In this document: positions 20,137 to 25,704 of the stretch, in pieces
How positions within the stretch are numbered: the stretch's first letter is position 1
Layout: the number at the start of each line of letters is the position of its first letter
Source of the DNA: Octopus sinensis
Lineage: Eukaryota
Assembly (NCBI RefSeq): GCF_006345805.1
Contig: NW_021836097.1
Span: 1 to 25,704, forward strand
Direction: 5' to 3'
Length of the DNA: 25,704 nucleotides
Made by a program: the position numbers and the translations under genes
The notes under the pieces: generated by a model
Seen by the model: only the letters and a program-made list of their open reading frames with translations
Told to the model about the DNA's origin: nothing
Database searches by the model: none

Positions 20137-20355
20137 CAAAGGGATGCAGAAAAATTTCTGGCTTTAATGGCATTGTGAAAGACTTGGTTTGGGTGGCCCA
20201 ACCTTCCGAGTTCTTTTACAGGGCTTAGAGACACTGAAGGACTGTTGCGATAAGTGTGTGAATCTGAGAGGGGAATATGTTGAATAAAATCATAATTAAC
20301 TGTTCCTCCTGTATTTTCTTCTACCCAAAACCAGGGACTTTTCAACACTCCTTCG
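20137..20355 (+). mobile_element. Mariner-type non-autonomous element, copy 2, with transposase C-terminal remnant
   Basis: Degenerate TIRs, right end cttcg|ta; 20252-20287 reads KCVNLRGEYVE*, a mariner transposase C-terminal motif. Confidence 0.75.
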
Positions 20356-20437
20356 TACTATAGTCAACATATTTGAGAGCAATGCAAATGTTTCCAAGTA
20401 ACAATAATAAGAATCGAAACAACATTGACAAAGATAT

Positions 20438-21093
20438 CTTTTTCTACTATAGGCACAAATCCTGCAATTTTTGGCGGTGGAGAGAGCCTGTCGACCCCAG
20501 TGCATGACTGGTGCCTATTTTATCAACTTCGAAAATATGAAAGGTAAAGTCAACCTCGGTGAAATTTGAACTCAGAACGCCAGGTTGGACGAAATGCCGC
20601 TAAGCATTCTTGCCTGGTGTACTAACGATTCTTTCAACTCAGCGCCCTTTCTCCTATAATAATCCCCTCTACAAAAGGCATAAGGTTTGAAGTTTTAGAA
20701 TAGTTGCTAGTCGATTACATCGATCCTAGTACTCAACTGATACTTATTTTATCGACTCTGGATGAATGAAAGGCAAAGTCGACCTCAGCCGAATTTAAAC
20801 TCAGAACGTAAAGACAGACGTAATGCCGCTAAGCATTTTTCTTGGCGTACTAACCACTCTTTCAACTCACCACCTTTTTTTACAACTGTAATAATAAGCC
20901 TTTCTACTTAAGGCAGAAGGTCTGACGTTTTGAGGTGGGTGCTAGTCGATTATATCGACCCCCAGTAGTCGGCTAGTATTTATTTTATCGGCCCTGAAAG
21001 GATGAAAGGTAAAGTCGACATCGGCCGAATTTGAACCCAGGACGTAAAGACCGGCTAAATGCCGTTAAGCGTTTTGCTTGGTGTGCTAACGAT
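20438..21093 (-). mobile_element. Three head-to-tail diverged family B copies (tail type 2)
   Basis: Units about 20438-20647, 20660-20874, 20897-21093. Confidence 0.8.
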
Positions 21094-22455
21094 GATTTAG
21101 AAATGTCAAACTGAATTGCGAACTAGGAAGCTCGCACTTGCTCTGGATCAAGTATTTTCTATTGATGACATGCAAATATTTGTAAATCTCAAAAAAGGGA
21201 CCAAATCACTTGTTAAAATGACAGGTTTGTTACTGTGACATTAGAATGGAGATTACTGTGTGCAAATATGCATGTTTAACCATGACGAGGGAGAAAATGG
21301 AATGAACTTACCGGTAGAGCAGATATTTTTAACCTGATGACAATGGATGTTTATATACAGTATATCGAGGTGTACTGGGACTCGATGATATTATGCGCAA
21401 GGAAATGAAGGGAGAAGTGAAAGCAATATAGTTGAAAAGATTAAAGCTTGTATTGAAATTGGTTGATGAATGTAATCAACATATGGACGGTTGCCGTCGT
21501 TCGTCATAATGTTGGTTAAGTGAATTGGTTGAAGGATGAAATAAAAACGTTTGTAAGAAAACGAGAAAATTATAGATGGAACATTTCAGCAGAAGGCAAA
21601 CGACAATCGTTTAAGTATGTAACGGAATACTGGAGGGAAAGGGTTTATTAACAGTTGTGATTGTGTTAGCGGAGATTAAAGATCGGTAAACTGCCACCTT
21701 GTAAAGAGAACTACGCAAACATGCCGTTATGTAATTAGGGCTTTTGTTGAACTTGAAGAAAAGAAAGCATTCCAAAGCAGGCTAATATATGAAAGAATGT
21801 GAGTGTTCGAAGAAATGTCATCACATGGATAGGTCCACCGAGACACCGACAATACAAAAATATCACTATACATCGTGGGACTGACTACAGATAGATTTAA
21901 GGAGGGAAACTGAGTTTGTTGTTGGCTGCCCAAGACCAGGCATTCAACACTAACTCTGTAAGGGAAATTATTTCACCGTTTTAGCGAACATGTGCTGCTA
22001 ATGTAACCAGTAAGTGGAAAATATTGACCATACTGTAAGAAGCTACATAATGTTTACTCAGAACGAATACAGACGACTTCCACTAATTATTTTGTATAAA
22101 GTAGGCTGCAGTACTTCAGGGTATAGTTCCTGGTTGTGACTTTAAACTGTACTCGGTAGTGGGACCCTGGTTCGGAGGTTTCGGGGTTTGAGGAGTGTGG
22201 AATCACCTCTTAGCCATTATTGTTCCCAGATCTAATCTGACTCAGAGAGGTAGCACCTGCAAGATTCCCAGTTATGGGACTCTGGCAGGTCAGAGAACTG
22301 CCCCTTGAAAAAGGTCATTCACAGACATCCCCAACGGATCCAGGAAAGTCGAGACCCTTCAGCTCTTTAGCTGCTCATCGAAGAGAAGATAACTCCATAC
22401 AAATAACTTTTAAGCTTATCACACTTGTTGCACCAGACCAATACAAGTTTGAATG

Positions 22456-22459
<4 letters not shown>

Positions 22460-22508
<49 letters not shown>

Positions 22509-22560
22509 GAGAAAGAGAGAGAGAGAGAAAGAGAGAGAGAGTGTGTGTGTGCGTGTGTGT
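22460..22560. repeat. (GA)n/(GT)n microsatellite
   Basis: Direct inspection. Confidence 0.95.
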
Positions 22561-22690
22561 GGTCGATACTTATATTACACTGTAAAGCACGATATTTGTC
22601 CTTGGGTAGTAACTGTTATTTCCTATTTGCTGACCCCTAGAAAGTATGAAAAATGGCTAATATTTCCTGCAAACTTTGCATTTGTTACAT

Positions 22691-22855
22691 TTATTCAAAT
22701 CCCAAAGAATCCCTCTCAACACATGGCTATGATGTTCCCCCACTACTGTTCATGATCAGAGATGAATATATCATCAGCCACTAAGTAACATGCTCAAGTG
22801 GTTAAAGTCAAGCAACTGACAAGCAAATCTATGATATTGAGCAGAATATTTGCTA
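22691..22855 (+). mobile_element. Family C internal fragment
   Basis: ttattcaaatcccaaagaatccctctcaacacatggctatgat...gagcagaatatttgc matches 17237-17401. Confidence 0.8.
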
Positions 22856-23231
22856 TAACGATATTTCTGAGTCGCAGTTCAGTGGTGAATCTGCCTGAAA
22901 TCTCATGGAAAATAGGTCAGTTTCAAAACGTTGATATCCAGGTCAAAAAAGCAAATAAGAATTAACACTCGCTTACCTGAGACAACAAACAAATCTGTGA
23001 TATTGAGCAGAATATTTTCGATAATAGTATTTCTACTTCATCAACTCAGAGCTGAATCTGTCTGAAATGTAATGGAAAATAAGTCAGTTTCAAAACATTG
23101 ATGTCCGGGTGACAAAAGCGAAGTCTGAAGGGAATAGTAGTCATTTCCTTTGATTTATAGATAGAAGCAAATAGCAAATAGTACAAACTAAACAAAGATA
23201 AAAACAAAAGAAAAGAAGGAAAGAAAAAAGT

Positions 23232-23336
23232 TGTGTGGTAAGTAGCTCGCTTACCAACCACATGGTACCGGGTTCAGTCCCACTGCGTGGCACCTTGGCG
23301 AAGTGTCTTCTACTATAGCCTCGGGCCGACCAAAGC
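23232..23336 (+). mobile_element. SINE family A head fragment
   Basis: Close match to 9119-9223. Confidence 0.85.
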
Positions 23337-23423
23337 TCAGCGGAATTGGAACTCGGAAGGTAGAGAGCAGAAACGAACTTAGCAAAGGACTTTAACCGGT
23401 GCTTTAACGATTCTGCCAGTCGA
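23335..23423 (-). mobile_element. Diverged SINE family B head fragment
   Basis: gcggaattggaactcggaa...taacgattctgccag resembles 12405-12485. Confidence 0.5.
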
Positions 23424-23781
23424 CAATAACAATAATAACAATAATAACAATAATAACAAAGCCGAGACAATAACAAACAAAAAAAGCGTAGATAACAATA
23501 TGTTTGTTTTGAGTGTCTGTGAGTGTATGTGTATGTATGTGTGTATTTATGTATGTATGTTTCTATGCATGTATGTTTGTATGTATGTGTGTATGTGCGC
23601 GCATGTATGTGCGTATATGTATGTGTTTATGTATGTGTACGTACGTATGTATGTGTGTATGTATGCATGTGTTTCTGTCTGGGACTGTATGTATCTATAA
23701 TGCTTAAATGTATGTATATATGTATACTTGTATATATGTCTGTATGTGAATGGATGTACAAATACACACACATACACACAC

Positions 23782-23838
<57 letters not shown>

Positions 23839-24018
23839 TTATATTTCCTGAGCGCCATACTAATACAATTGTTCGTTTGTTTTCCACCTGCCTTCGTCTT
23901 TTGTTTATTTTCATAAAGCTTCCCGTTATATATATATATATATATATATATAATACACACACACACACAAACATGTATATATATATATATATATATATAC
24001 AGACATATATATATATAT

Positions 24019-24420
24019 ACACACACACATATACATACATACATATGTATACACACACACACACACACATATACATACATACATATGTATACACACACAC
24101 ACACACATATACATACATACATATGTATACACACACACACACACATATACATACATACATATGTATACACACACACACACACATATACATACATACATAT
24201 GTATACACACACACACACACATACATACATACATATGTATACACACACACACACATACATACATACATATGTATACACACACACACATACATACATACAT
24301 ATGTATACACACACACACACACATATACATACATACATATGTATACACACACACACACACACACATATACATACATACATATGTATACACACACACACAC
24401 ACATACATACATATGTATAC
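24019..24420. repeat. Minisatellite of (AC)n-(ATAC)n-ATATGT units inside a larger TA/CA array
   Basis: 11 catatgtat-delimited units of roughly 32-42 bp by my count. Confidence 0.85.
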
Positions 24421-24463
24421 ACACACACACACACACACATATATATACACACACACACACACA

Positions 24464-24511
<48 letters not shown>

Positions 24512-24799
24512 ATATAATTATATATAAATATACGCTTATGTATGTACTTATATATGTATGTGTCTGTGTTGGTGGAGGGCTGTTTAGTGAAACCGACACA
24601 ATATAATTTCTAGAAGTTTCTTGTTTACATTAAGTTCTTCTTGTTGTTATTGTTCCAAATGGTGTTGTTTTAGTTTTCAGTTTTCCTTGTTGCTTCACAA
24701 ACATATGTGTGTGTGTGTGTGTGTGTGTGTTTGTGTTTTTTTTTAGGTTTATCTACTTGCGAGAGGTTTTCCGTGTTTTTTTTTATCAGTATGGTTGCA

Positions 24800-24986
24800 A
24801 TTGTCGTTGTTGTTGTTGTTGTTGTTGACAATAAAGACGACGACGACGACGACGGTGACAATGATGATGATGAAGATAATGATGTTGTTGATGGTAAAGG
24901 TGATAGCAATGAAGATTATGATGATGATGGTTTCGTAGTATTTGTCTTGATAGTGGTGGTGGTTCTGGTGGTGAAGACAAGAAGTC

Positions 24987-25017
<31 letters not shown>

Positions 25018-25265
25018 CAGCAGCAGCAGCAACAGCGGCAGCAGCAACAGCAGAAGAAGAAGAAGAAGAAGAAGAAGAAGAAGACTTTAATAAGAATGAT
25101 GATGATGAAAATCACATTGGTGGTGGTGTTGGTGATGATGATGATGATGTGGAGGAGGATGACGATGTTACTACTATTGCGGTTGATGATGACGACAATG
25201 ACTGATGATAATGATGATGACGACGATGGCGAAGACGATGATGATGATGATGGCGGTGTTGCTAT
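24800..25265. repeat. Mixed trinucleotide arrays (GTT, GAC, GAT, AGT, AGC, AGA)
   Basis: Direct inspection. Confidence 0.9.
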
Positions 25266-25438
25266 TGTTTGTACATATTCAATGTAACTGTAGCTCTGAA
25301 TGGAGTATAGTGTACAAACAGAGGATTTGGTTATGAGTTTAAGCAAACCCCACCGCCTCCCTGAATACGGGATCTGCTCTGTATGTGTGTGTGTGTGTGT
25401 GTGTGGTGTGTGTGTGTGTGTGTGTGTGTGCTTATGTA

Positions 25439-25658
25439 TACTCTTTTAGACTTTTACTTGTTTCAGTCATTTGACTGCGGGCATGCTGGAGCACCGCCTT
25501 TAGTCGAGCAAATCGACCCCAGGACTTATATTTTGTAAGCCCAGTACTTATTCTAGTGGTCTCCTCTGCCGAACCGCTAAGTTACGGGAACATAAATACA
25601 CCAGCATCGGTTGTCAAGCGATGTTGGGGGACAAACACAGACACACAAACATATACAT

Positions 25659-25695
<37 letters not shown>

Positions 25696-25704
25696 CGATG
25701 GCTT
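25439..25704 (-). mobile_element. SINE family A 3' half and internal (TA)n, runs off window end
   Basis: Close match to 6823-7045 and to the reverse complement of 9575-9790. Confidence 0.9.

Noticed and set aside
21100-22060. Longest apparently non-repetitive stretch, with an ATGCAAAT octamer at 21170-21177 and a 68-aa minus-strand ORF
   Set aside because: No recognisable protein motif or convincing exon; a single octamer is expected by chance in AT-rich DNA. A cross-species alignment would be needed.
22110-22400. Stretch that vaguely recalls a cephalopod interspersed repeat
   Set aside because: Single copy in the window with no termini or internal evidence; needs RepeatMasker/Dfam.
24019-24420. 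Regularly spaced palindromic repeats as a possible CRISPR-like array
   Set aside because: Intervening sequence is (AC)n rather than unique spacers; eukaryotic context and no cas genes.

Overview
Gene-free, repeat-saturated eukaryotic DNA. The SINE families and microsatellite load look like an octopus/cephalopod genome; this is my recognition, not a database result. I find no intact protein-coding gene, and almost all supplied ORFs are microsatellite translations. Supported contents: three tRNA-headed SINE families (here called A, B, E), an unclassified (ATT)n-flanked family (C), a three-element Helitron cluster with a frameshifted Rep HUH fragment and a head-to-tail CTAG|TC junction, and a ~2.46 kb foldback-like structure (family D), part of which also lies inside the neighbouring Helitron. 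There is also a Merlin-like MITE (30-bp TIR, 8-bp TSD) and two tandem mariner deletion derivatives. The best candidate for something new is 7218-8009: a 363-bp tandem unit plus a perfect 189-bp inverted repeat, inserted in (TA)n. Its minus strand carries a minimal type I hammerhead ribozyme motif with a U3-A8 core variant and a palindromic stem III, in a Penelope-like/retrozyme-like layout. Each copy has a different small defect, and their consensus is an intact motif.
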